DNA of 64,000 nt, from NCBI GenBank assembly GCA_965645245.1, contig OZ287072.1, positions 2,108,001-2,172,000 of the forward strand, read 5' to 3'. The DNA is from Massalongia carnosa (lineage: Eukaryota). The notes under the pieces were generated by a model, which saw only the letters and a list, made by a program, of their open reading frames with translations, had not been told where the DNA came from and did no database searches. The position numbers were made by a program, and so were the translations under genes. Within the stretch, counting starts at the first letter, position 1. Each line of letters opens with the position of its first letter. Below are positions 13,015 through 23,712 of the stretch, piece after piece.

Positions 13015-13584
13015 TATGAAAATATAGCTTCACTTTGTAGGTATAATAGCATGATTGTCATTGAAGGTGTGGATTATATGTGAGCTATCTACTCATTATA
13101 TAGCAGTCACATTGAAGACTTTCCGGCGACCCTCTTTCATAGGGAGTCAGCTGGTCCACTGATTCTCGGTCCCCAGAGGTCACTTCGGCCCCCGTGGTAG
13201 GGTCACCAAAGATAGGCACTAGACGGATGCCCATTATGGTAGTCTAACAGTTCTTACCATCTAACACTTACCCTCTAACAGTTCTTACCATCTAACACTT
13301 ACCCTCTAACAGTTCTTACCATCTAACACTTACCCTCTAACAGTTCTTACCATCTAACACTTACCCTCTAACAGTTCTTACCATCTAACACTTACCCTCT
13401 AACAGTTCTTACCATCTAACACTTACCCTCTAACAGTTCTTACCATCTAACACTTACCCTCTAACAGTTCTTACCATCTAACACTTACCCTCTAACAGTT
13501 CTTACCATCTAACACTTACCCTCTAACAGTTCTTACCATCTAATAACTAGATGGATGTTAGATGTTAGTCCTTACCATCTAACA
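13015..13584 (-). mobile_element. Solo LTR (570 bp) with 5-bp target-site duplication
   Basis: AGTGC at 13010-13014 and 13585-13589. Minus-strand ends are TGTTAG...TTTTCATA (CA>TA inferred). A TATATAA box lies ~90 bp from the 3' end. Removal restores the transposase frame. Confidence 0.85.
13244..13543. repeat. Perfect 31-bp tandem array, ~9.7 copies, inside the solo LTR
   Basis: Unit CTAACAGTTCTTACCATCTAACACTTACCCT starts at 13244, 13275 ... 13523. Confidence 0.97.
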
Positions 13585-14767
13585 AGTGCATCTTCTAAAA
13601 ATCTCCCAAATCCACCAGATTCCTCTATATATGAATCAATTAAACTACTGTGACGTTTAATCCAGGCCTTAAGAATAGAGAATGAAGTCTCTATTGGATT
13701 AAAATCGGGTGATTACGGAGGCAAATGAACCAGCAAAACATATGCATCCTGACACATGATCCTCAATTCCTCACTCCAATGTATAGAGGCATTATCCATA
13801 ATCAAAACCGAACGAGGACCATTACCTCCAGCGCAGTATGGTAAAGCCTTGAGCCTGACGAATTCATTCAGAATATCTGATATTATAGAGCCATGATGCA
13901 CCTCCCAAGCTATGAAACCGTCGATGGTGAACGCTAGTAATATACTCCATCTCTTAGAAAGTTTGAGCGCTTGAATCATGGTCGGTTTGATTCCTGGTGC
14001 GGCCCATCCATATCGACGATCACCTAAAGTAATAACAATTAGCAAAGAAACTGAAGTTCTTCAAATAGTACTGACCAGTATGCTCGCATGTAGCGCTTTC
14101 GTCCAGAAAATCAACTGATCAGCCCTCCATCCTCCCAGTCTAATCATCTTCTCATCACGCAAAGATTGGTTGCGTTGTTATGCTATACGAATAGCCATCT
14201 GCTTAAGAGTTCGAGAAACCGTAGACTCGCTCACCAAGACGTCGAATTCATCATACAAAAACCAGCACATCTCGTCCAAATAAGAGGTAGGTCTCTGATC
14301 CAGATACATGAGTAGTTGCTCGATTTGTTGTTGATTCATTTTCTTGCGCCGGCCAGTAGCAAGCTGAGGTTTTGCAACCTCACTGAAATGTTCCCAATTA
14401 TGTCTCATCTTACGTAGTTGTCTAATGCTGACACCAGTAGCATCTTCATCCGATTCCAGTCTGAACTTTATAGCCTGGCGTTTGATGATGCTGAATGATC
14501 GTCCCATGTTTGCTTTTGAAACTACGAGGTAGCAAGAATAAAGATCTACATGAAAACACTACATACCATTTATCCTACAGACTGCAAAAGGTGGTGTGAA
14601 AGGGAGGAGGGCCATTAGCTACTGCACCAAATTCTGCTGTGTGGTCCAATTCTGTCGCTTAATATTTTTTTTTACCGCGCAGTTTCGGGGTTCAAAGTTC
14701 GGCACACCATTTTGCAAACGGGTGTAATGATTATAATAGCCGATTATCGATAAATTACACCGCTGAA

Positions 14768-15852
14768 TTGGCTTCTTCCCGGCAGTTTCGAGTTACAAAA
14801 TCGGGATTGCGTACTACCTTGAAAGACGAGGTTAGAGAACGTTTAAAATAGGCAGTTAAGGTCTATGAGAAGGCAGAAGGGTTGTTATCTATTACGCAAG
14901 CTACTTGACTTCATGCGGTACCGAAAACAACATTGTATCACAGGATAAACAGTCGCCAGGACCAGGTATCGTACGTTACTTCAAAGCAGAGGTTAACGCC
15001 CGAGGAGGAGGGATCTCTTCAGAGCTGGGTTAACTAGAGCTACTAGACTCCGCCATTTGACAAAATATCAGCTAAGCCTTATACGGACGATGACACTCTA
15101 CCCAGCGCTAGTACTCTTATTCAAACGCGTTATCTTTCAGGCCAAATATCACCAATGTCAGGAATCATAGTACAAGTCTCAGAGGTTAAGGAGTTTATAT
15201 TACTATTTCGTCATCAGACTCTTGATTCCTCTAAGCTTACTCTTCTACAAAAAACCCTTAAAGCAGCTAGGCTTGCTATGACTGATCGTATTGTCTTGAA
15301 TCGTACTAATACGGAGCTTTTAGCAGTCAATACACGAAAAAAACAACGAGCTCAACGTACGGGCACTCAATACGATGTTCAAGGGGCTCGCGTATTGAGT
15401 TTAGAAGATGTGGAGAAAAGAAGACAACTAGCTGAAAATGAGAAAAAAGGAGAAAGATGCTAGATCACAGGTAAGGAAAGAAAAACAGAACGATTGACTA
15501 TTTTTTCAGGTATCTAAAGACCTAATGCGATTTGAACCCGACCTAATATACGCCTGATCTTGTAACATCTTGATCTTTACTTAAAAATAAGAAACGAGAC
15601 GATTCTATCTTTCAAAACGCTTTTCACGACCTTATTCAGATTACACCTCATATTTTTAAGGAGACAGTTGAGGGCGACCTAGGGTTTAAAAAAACTGCTC
15701 GAAATAAAGGAAAAGGTATACCAAGAAAGAAAAATATCACTAGGTTGGTACAAGGTGATGTGGAAATAGTAGGAAAGGGGGAGAAGTAGGAAGTTTTAGA
15801 GGTTCGGGTTAGCTCGCGCGGTCGTGTCATCTGTAACACTCGTAAAATGTAG
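14768..15852 (+). pseudogene. Fot1/pogo-like transposase remnant lacking the DDE domain
   Basis: HTH_psq-like SITQAT*LHAVPKTTLYHRIN and CENP-B start QRLTPEEEGSLQSWV are fused near 15030 to C-terminal segments (LLQKTLKAARL..., ARVLSLEDVEKRR, RVSSRGRVI). Several stops and frameshifts. Confidence 0.8.
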
Positions 15853-16428
15853 CTCTACAAGCTTATGCTAGCTATATATATTCACTAGAACCTGTTCATC
15901 AATTCCCGAGTACATGTGCTAGAAATTTTGCGGATGCGGCGGTGATAAAAAATTACGAAGGTTGGTATCAAATTTGTTAGTTCCGAATAAGCGGGTGTTC
16001 CGAATTTACGTTAAGTGTGTGGGTATCATAAATGGTGCGCGGGCATCTCAACCAATAACCGTAAACCTGATCACATTTCAATTTACAAGTCTACATCATT
16101 GTCACAAAGCACAGAGCGCCAACTCAAGCAAAATCTAGATCGGAAATACAAAATGGCATACTCAACAAACAACAATCTGCGCAAGTATTCATAGCCGTTT
16201 GCATGGTAAGATTTTGGGGTGGATGTAGTTATGGGCATATTTTCATGGCTCAAGCAATCAGAATAGGTACTTCGACTTGAGTAGCACGTACTGGCGGGGA
16301 TCTACTAGTTAGTGCGGAAACCTTTCCGCTCTCATTTTCTTCAACGCCTCGGAACCACATCACCTCCACCCCGCCCCCCACTCCTTCCTTTCGTTCCTCT
16401 CATCAACACCCTCGTCGTAGAAAACACA

Positions 16429-17361
16429 ATGTCAACCGACCACCAATCTCAATTACAACCGCAACTCCAATCACTTACCGAAACCTATCAGTCCCTCCAA
16501 ACAGGTGTTTCATTCTTTCGCCCCTCCAACCCTCTCCCCCACATAATGCGTTCCCCGTTCCTGTCTCTCCTCTCTCGTCTCTGCACGGGAAACAGTAGCT
16601 GAGAGAAGGGCAATTTAATAACGCGAAAATAGCACTTCAAACCGCCATTGCGGCGCGCCAGAAACTCGAGTCGCAGCAGCAGGAGAATCGAGGGGTGCAG
16701 AAGGTGCTTTCTCTCTCCCTTGTTCCATCCTTCCCACTTATCAGCTGTGAATTACCCCCTTGACACCTTTTCATCATCTGTTCCTTTACAGCTTTTATAC
16801 AGCGGCCTCTAAAACCCCCCCAAACAAGAGCTCTTCAGCATCAGCCTACCCCTAGTCAAGCTAACGGCTCCTCCCCCAATCGGGCGTGAATTAGGAGTTT
16901 TCCTCCCTCCCCCCCTCATCAAACATCTACAAACTCGTCGGACCTGTACTGTTAAAACAGGAAAGAAGCGAGGCTGTACAGGCCGTGGAAGGGCGGTTGG
17001 AGTTCATCGAGAAGGAAATGTACGTCTTTCCGTTTGGAGCGGGATAGACGTGGGGCTTGGGAAGGCGCCGGCGCCGCCTTTCCTCGGGATCGTTCCTTTA
17101 GGGAGCTTATGCTAACAATGCGCAATGCATAGCAAACGAATCGAAACCCAGATCCAAAGCACACAATCAAAGTCCGAGAGCACGAAAGCGGAGGTTAGCA
17201 ACGTCTTTTTCATTCTTTCCCTTTCCGTTCAATCCTGTATCCTGAATCCCCTCCCCCTGCATATATGTTTGACAGAGGACGCGGAAATAAGAGGTTGATT
17301 CGTGGTTGGTGGGTTGGGAATGTAGGTTTATGCATTGCAGACGCAGATGCAGCAAGGTTAG
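16429..17361 (+). CDS. YKE2: Prefoldin subunit 6, 122 aa, 5 exons (16429-16504, 16633-16703, 16895-17019, 17133-17193, 17326-17361)
   Basis: The spliced product contains ARQKLESQQQENRGVQKEF and IYKLVGPVLLKQERSEAVQAVEGRLEFIEKEIKRIE, typical of PFDN6/Yke2. Confidence 0.93.
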
Positions 17362-17399
17362 CAGCCTCACGGCTTTCGTAAAGTTGTGGGGATTGTGAG

Positions 17400-18480
17400 G
17401 GAGGTAAAGGATAACTCTTCGTGATCCCACTTCGGTTCGCTTCTAGAGCTACCATGTATGAAAGCAAGGTATCGGGTTGAGCCCACTGCTCTCCGTCCTC
17501 TCCCTTCGGACCTCGCCCGCACATATACATAGCCCACCAACCAACCAACCAACTTAAAGAAAGCCCTTCGCCCCTCTACGAGAACTCCCGTCTTCGCCCA
17601 TCGCTAAAAGCAAGGAAATAATGCACCCAAGCAAGTTTCTGGATAGGCAATTCCGATAGCAGAACACCCAAGGCTCGCGGTCCGTTGGACTAGGAGGGTT
17701 GAAGAGAGAGAACCCGCTGAGGATTGGTGATGAATATTGGATATTGCATGTTGTGGAATCGAGGGAGGGGGAAACTCCATCTTGAGGAAGCGCCCAGGGA
17801 AAAATGAAAGGCAAACCAGCGATCCCCTTCTATTCGCCCCTCATAGGTATGTATTTAGGCAAGTAAGTAGCAAGCTAGCTAACTAGGCTACTCACAAACC
17901 ATGATCCGTTTCGAAAACCCCATCTCTCCTTTTTTCCTCGCCTCGGGAGCTTTCCACAACTACCTCCCCCCGAATTTCTTTTCTCAATCTCACACACAAA
18001 AAGAACCTCTTCTAGCCCATTCTCCCCTCCCCTCCCTCATCTATCTATCCATTCATCCCACCCTACTATTCTTACTAGCCGCACCTCCCCACTCAATGAA
18101 CTCTCCAACCCCCCCCCCCCTCCTCCTTTTTCCTCTCCTAATTGCTTTTCGCAAGAAAAGAAGAAAAATAAAAAAGGGAATTGATAGGGGTTTTGTTCAT
18201 TCATCCAGAGAGAGAGGGGCGAGGTTCGTAAGTGCGTGGGAAATGGATGGGTGGGTGATTTCCCATCAAGAGGAGAGGCGAGGAGACGAGAGGGGATGGG
18301 GGATGCAAACCGATAACTATATAGGTAGTGCTTATCCGGGTGATTAGACGGTCAGCATATGTATTTAGTAGAAGATAGCGGGATGCCAAGTCTCCTGGCA
18401 GGTGAGGGGGGGGGGGGTTCTCTGGCATCATTATGTGGTAGAGAATGGTGCACTCAATACTAGACAAGCAGAGCGAGCTG
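17400..18480. repeat. Low-complexity intergenic tract between convergent genes
   Basis: (CCAA)n ~17537-17552, poly-C ~18109-18120, poly-G ~18406-18417, alternating purine and pyrimidine blocks. Confidence 0.6.
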
Positions 18481-18730
18481 TTGGATGAAAAAGAGAAAAG
18501 ACTTGCTTGGATTGTTGACGACTTGCATGTCTAGACTGCTAATTACAGCGACGAAACGTCGCCTCGGCTCCTCCTAGCACATAACAAAGAAGCTAACTCC
18601 TTCACCTAAAAAAAAGGTCTTCACAACCGCAAATGAAATTCACATTTCTCTATTACCTCTTTCGCCTTCAGGTTCTTTTTCATATTCCTTCCTTACGATT
18701 TTCGCAACATACGAACGGCCGCAAAACTTT

Positions 18731-21520
18731 CTAAAGGATGTTGAAGAGTGCGGAGATGCCAATAAGGCTAATCGTAAAAGTTAAGCCACGCTTGAAGGCA
18801 CATCCCTCGAATTCCATAACATAGGTTAGACTAGGGCCAAATCTGGTGCTGCCGTTGGTGCCTTTGCCAATAGTGGCTGTGGTAGGAGGCATGTAGGAGA
18901 TGGTTGGGAGCTTGTCTATCTCATCCTTTGGTACTGTGGTGGTTGATAAGGTTGCCTTGCTAAAAGTTTGAATTTCGAATGTATTTGGATAGCTTGTTCC
19001 TTTGATGCTCGACGGCGAAGACAGGCCATCAGTGGTTTCCCTTGTCAACACCACACTTTCTTGTACATTGCAGTCAACTTTCAATGGGACCTGATTGGAC
19101 GGATGCGGTTTTTCGGAAAATACGAATCCGTATCCTGGAGGAACGCCAGGAGTAGATCTCGGAGAGCCTGGAAAAGCAGTCACGTATGTAGAAGGTATGA
19201 TTATAAAGCCACCTCCATACGCATTACCAAGCATAGCAGGCGTCCATACCGGAATGACAGTGGACGTAAGATTTAAGAACGGCGCTTTACTCATAAAGCC
19301 TTGGCTTTTACTAGGCGGCTGCACAACTTCTTCTGGTGTTGGTAGCAATAGACTAAGAGGAGTCAAATCCGTAACTATTGTAAGAATCGGCATGAAATCT
19401 CCAATGGAGGTAGGCATAGGTTTTGGAGCATACAGGGTTGTGGTTTTACAGGGGACAGATGGTATTTCTTTATCTTTGGAGGACGCTGCGTAAAAGTGCT
19501 CGTGCTTCTCCTTGGTTGAAAGGCTTGAATCAAAGATCGCTGTACCAACAATTTTTTCGCTAGTGTCTTCCCTCGGCGCTTGAAAGTTTGTAGTGACCTT
19601 CTCCTTGACAAGAATAGAGCTTGACATCATAAAGCTTGTCTCGTCCTTCTCTGAACTCATTGTTGAGGCTGCAGAAATAATCTGGTCTTGCGCAGGAACG
19701 GAAGCTGTGGCTGTAGAGATGGCCTTGTCTTTTTCTGAAGCGAAGTATGAGATCGTCGACGTTGTGTAATCTTTGTTGGGAATAAAGTTCGAAATAATAG
19801 AGGGAGTTGACATAGAGTAAACTGAAACGGGAAAGGTTGTTATCTTGCTAGAATCAGTGTTAAAGAGATAAGATATTAGCTCATATAGAGCAACAGGCGA
19901 GTTAGTCTGCTGATCACCGTTAGACAGGGGAGGAGCTATATTCTGGTCTTTGGTAGCGGTGGCTATGCTAATGGAACGATCTGTGGGTGAAGAAGTGGGC
20001 TGATCTTTGTCTGTCGGAGAACCAAGCTTTGGAAATTTGTATAGCAGAGGTAATGTAACTTGGGCTTTGGCAGTAGTAGAACTAGTAACTGGACCATTTT
20101 CTGTCCTGAACGTGGATAAGATCACTCGATAGGGCGAGAACATTTTGCCCTCATCTCTGGAGAAGCTGTAAATCCGATATTCCTCCGGGCTGGATGTACT
20201 GTGGATCTGGGATGAAATAGTAGTCTGGCCCTTGACTATTAAGCAAGTCGTAGCTTTGGCGGGCACTGACAAGGGTGATAATTCTGTTGGAGATCTCCAA
20301 CTCTGCTGTTTCCCTACAATTGATGAAGAATGTGCATAAACAGTAGATTGCGGCTTGCTCTGGGACTTTGTTGGCATTGACCTGTCTTTATCCTTGCTAG
20401 GTATAGACTGAAAAGAGAAGCTTGAAGGTGCAAGAGAACTCGTCTTGTCATGCCGGTAAGGAGTTGAAGTAGACAAGGGAATTTCATCTCGAGCAGGAGG
20501 GGAAGCACCTGAAAGGATTTGGCTGTTTGTCTTGCTTGGCGGAGCAATGAATGTGGTCTTGTCTTTGTTTGGAATAGCAATCACAGTAGATTCGGCAAAC
20601 AACAAACTACTCTTCTGGTCGTCTTTCATAGGAACGAAGATAGATGTAATTGTATTCTTCCCCAGACAAGCTAGGTCTGAAGTGCAAGACGTAGTTATAC
20701 TGCTTGTCTTATCGAAACCATCGATGGTGATTTCTGTGTAAACCCCTGGAATGGAAGCAAGAGAAATGGGCTTGCCGTACTTGCTAGTCACAGATGCTAG
20801 AATGGGAGGTGCACTGGGTTTGTCCTTATACCAGTCGTACAGCAAGGCGGCAGCTGAAGACTTCTTATCTTTATCAATTAATTCAAGGCTCGAGTAGGCA
20901 TTCACGGTATCAGAAAGCGTCTTATCTTTGTCAAAACCCAGGTACAACGAAGTGTCAGACCAAGGTATGTCCTTCAAAAGAGTTGAAGGATGTTGATCCT
21001 TGATGGAAATAGATACTGGTGTAGTGACAGAAGAAGCCTGATACAGCTGGTCTCCCGCAGGCATAGGGGAAATATCAAGAGCCGTGTAAGATGTCATGGG
21101 GGAAGAACCGTTTAGACCGCCTTCTTTGTCCGTATCATCTAAGTATATACGAAAGATCAGCATGCTATTTCGCTGAAAGCTTGGTAGGGCAATAAAATCA
21201 TATGCCTGGTTTAAATGCGTGAGAGAATATGCTCTGTTATTAGGTTTGACATCTTTGAGTGGAGAAAATGTAACATGTGTGGAAGGTCTAAGGACCAAGC
21301 GTACGGCTGCGTAAGGTAAAGCTAGGAGCTTACCATCATGCGTACGACGAAGCGGGTGATAACCTAAATGCTAAGTTAGTCAAAGTAGTTCTTCAAGATT
21401 AAAATAATCGCTGTAATGGCGCACTCATAACAGCGATCACATACCTCTTGGACTAGCCACAGCCAAGACAGCTACTGAAGGAAGGACAGCGGCAATAAGC
21501 AAAGCGTTGGGGAAATACAT
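18731..21520 (-). CDS. Secreted Ser/Thr-rich, probably GPI-anchored surface protein, ~837 aa (exons 21520-21445, 21363-21334, 21138-18731)
   Basis: Signal peptide MYFPNALLIAAVLPSVAVLA, a 30-nt micro-exon, a long S/T-rich ORF with recurrent KD[KQE] motifs, and a GPI-like C-terminus FEGCAFKRGLTFTISLIGISALFNIL. The second intron acceptor is less certain. Confidence 0.75.
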
Positions 21521-22339
21521 GACCAGGCAAGTAAAGAGAGTAGCTAGTCGAGGAGAAATGGATGACAGCAAGGAGAGAACTCGAGTTCGAATATCTTTCT
21601 GATGAGCGTAACACAAAATAGACGGATCAAGGTTGAATTGAGTGAAAGAAAAGAGACTTAGAAAACTCGTATAGCATCTACTAGGGAGGCTGGTCCAAAT
21701 AGGTAGATTACATAATGATGGCATGCCACAGAAGAGGGATTGGCAAGAAAAAGCCCTAACTTTCGACAAAGACTTCGACATAGGCCCTAAGCAGGCTTGA
21801 CAGTCTAATGATTCAGGCTTTCCGGAGAAAGATACCTGAACAGCTAGATGCTTCGATAGCTGCTCAATGCTATAGAGAGCTAAATGCCCCTCCCATTAGA
21901 GGTTGATAAGAACATGGGCCTTCATCGAGAGTCGTCTCGTATGGCTTGCACTACTCGAACGAGTAATACTGCTGTGGATGTGCCAAGTAGCCAAGTAGCC
22001 AAGCACCAATCACCTGTAGTCCCTCAACGATACCTCCGCTGTTATCCCCTCCGACGTAATTGATCCGAGGGTTCCTCTCTCCTATGAGCGCACCAGACTG
22101 CGGTTTTTCATTCAACCCTGGGAAGGCGCGTTTCGATTCCGTTAGCGCCCCCGAGGTAGATAAATTTGCTTCACTTTTCACCTGAGCCTTTCTTCTTCTT
22201 TCAACATCCATCCACATCTCTTACTCGCATCCCACTCAACAATCAACTTTATCCCACCACAACATTTGCTTAAGCTTGCCTAGCTTACAGAAGTATCGTT
22301 CGTAACATAAAGTAATATACCTCATCTTAGCTAAGCAAG

Positions 22340-23336
22340 ATGTCTTACCTAAATGTCGCCGTTGCCGGATTGGTGTATATCCTTTTCGTAATGGCTATGA
22401 CCGGTAAGCCAATCTTCTTCATCTTCCAATCATCCATACCATCAATAGTGATTCTTCGGGTTGATCATCCAAGATCACCCAGTGGGTCTGCATGTATCCG
22501 TTGCCACATGGACAGCTTCATGTCAACTCACTTGCATCTTGCCTTGACTGGATTATCTATTTAATTATTGTTGACATCATGACTTAGTAGACGCGGACAA
22601 CGTTGCTCGCAACGCCAAGTTCATGGCTCGCGATAGTGTGAAAGGTATTTTCCTTGGTGATCGCTCTGACTTAAGTGAAACTTCTGACATGAGCCCAAAG
22701 GCGCCATCAAGGCTCGTCAGGGTTATGAAGACTTCCTGGCGCAGAAGTACCATATTTCTGCTCGTAACGGTTAGTTAACACTGTAACATTATTAACTATA
22801 CATGGCTTACATAGTATATAGCTCCATATGAGTATGCCGTCACCGTCACTGTGACCACCGTTCCCGAGTACTGTACTTTCATCCCGCCAGTCTTTGTTCC
22901 AATTGCACCCGGCACTTCTTCCTTTGAGGTTCAGGTCACTACAACTCCAGCTGGCTCCATTACGTCGGTTCCCAAGGTCACTATTACCTCGGCCCCAAAC
23001 AGTATCATGGTTCCCTATACTCCGGCTACTCCAAGCCCAGCATCCCCTTTCGTCCCGGCCTCCGCCAATGTCACCACTCCAGAAGGTGCTGTCCCCACCT
23101 TGCCAACACTGCCTCCGAATGGAAACACTACTGTCACCACTTCAAGCTTGGTTGCAACGACAACTCATGTGTCTTCTAAGATTTCTAGCCTATCAAGCGT
23201 CAAGCCATCGTCATCGTCCCCAAATACCTCCGTTCCTGCTGGTCCAAATGCAGGTGCTGCCAAGGACACAAATTTTTACGGAGTGCTCTTCGCCATCTTC
23301 GTCGCACTCTCTAGCAATATGGTGCTCTTCTTGTAA
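22340..23336 (+). CDS. Secreted Ser/Thr/Pro-rich, probably GPI-anchored protein, 233 aa (exons 22340-22403, 22591-22644, 22701-22769, 22822-23336)
   Basis: Signal peptide MSYLNVAVAGLVYILFVMA. Three phase-1 GT-AG introns keep frame. S/T/P stalk and C-terminus PNAGAAKDTNFYGVLFAIFVALSSNMVLFL. Confidence 0.8.
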
Positions 23337-23712
23337 CCACCTTGCCAGTAAATCATTGTTCGCATAAACAACAAGCTCAACGTTCATGTGGCGGACTTTG
23401 TGATAATAAGGTGGTGTCAACATTAAGATCTTTTGTTGCACAGTGCAACTTGAATCACTGATTCAAGACATCGGTTTCCTGTTACTTGCGGTTCGCGATA
23501 GGCAGATAGTCCGCGCCTCGGCGTATGATTTCAATCTGTAGCTTTCATTTAGTTTAGAAAAAGCTTGCTTTATTCTAATAAGGACCTCACTCATGCTTGT
23601 GATACTAGTAAATGTTTCACTTGAAATACTCAAGACCCGTTTATGCACACTATAGTCGCACAACCCCATTCCCACCAAATCATCAACGTGGGTATGTACA
23701 CCTAAGATTCTT

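Larger units (their letters stand above)
12943..14507 (-). pseudogene. Tc1-like DD34E transposase pseudogene with a spliceosomal intron (14075-14024), interrupted by a solo LTR
   Basis: HTH region YLDEMCWFLYDEFDVLVSESTVSRTL, then LIFLDES, LIMDNASIH and LPP*SPDFNPIE (34 residues between D and E). Stops at 14178 and 13713. The C-terminus FLEDAL|QAISEDVSHDAGALFRQSSIE* is restored when 13015-13584 and one TSD are removed. Confidence 0.9.
11872..14724 (-). mobile_element. Tc1/IS630-like DD34E DNA transposon with ~160-bp TIRs, inserted into the Fot1-like host
   Basis: TA|CACCCGTTTGCAAAATGGTGTGCCGAAC... (11872-~12033) is inverted at ~14565-14724|TA. A DD34E transposase is on the minus strand. Confidence 0.92.
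11751..16011 (+). mobile_element. Internally deleted Fot1/pogo-like DNA transposon (host of nest 1)
   Basis: TA|ACGTAA..ATTCGGAACACCCGCTTATTCGGAACTAACAAA at 11751-11798 is inverted at ~15972-16011|TA. Transposase remnants lie inside. Confidence 0.85.

Noticed and set aside
13244..13543. CRISPR-like or telomeric array
   Set aside because: The units are identical with no unique spacers, there are no cas genes, the context is eukaryotic, and there are no (CCCTAA)n repeats. It is a minisatellite inside an LTR.
17720..17830. Possible box C/D snoRNA (GTGATGA)
   Set aside because: No matching D box with a terminal stem or recognisable guide sequence.
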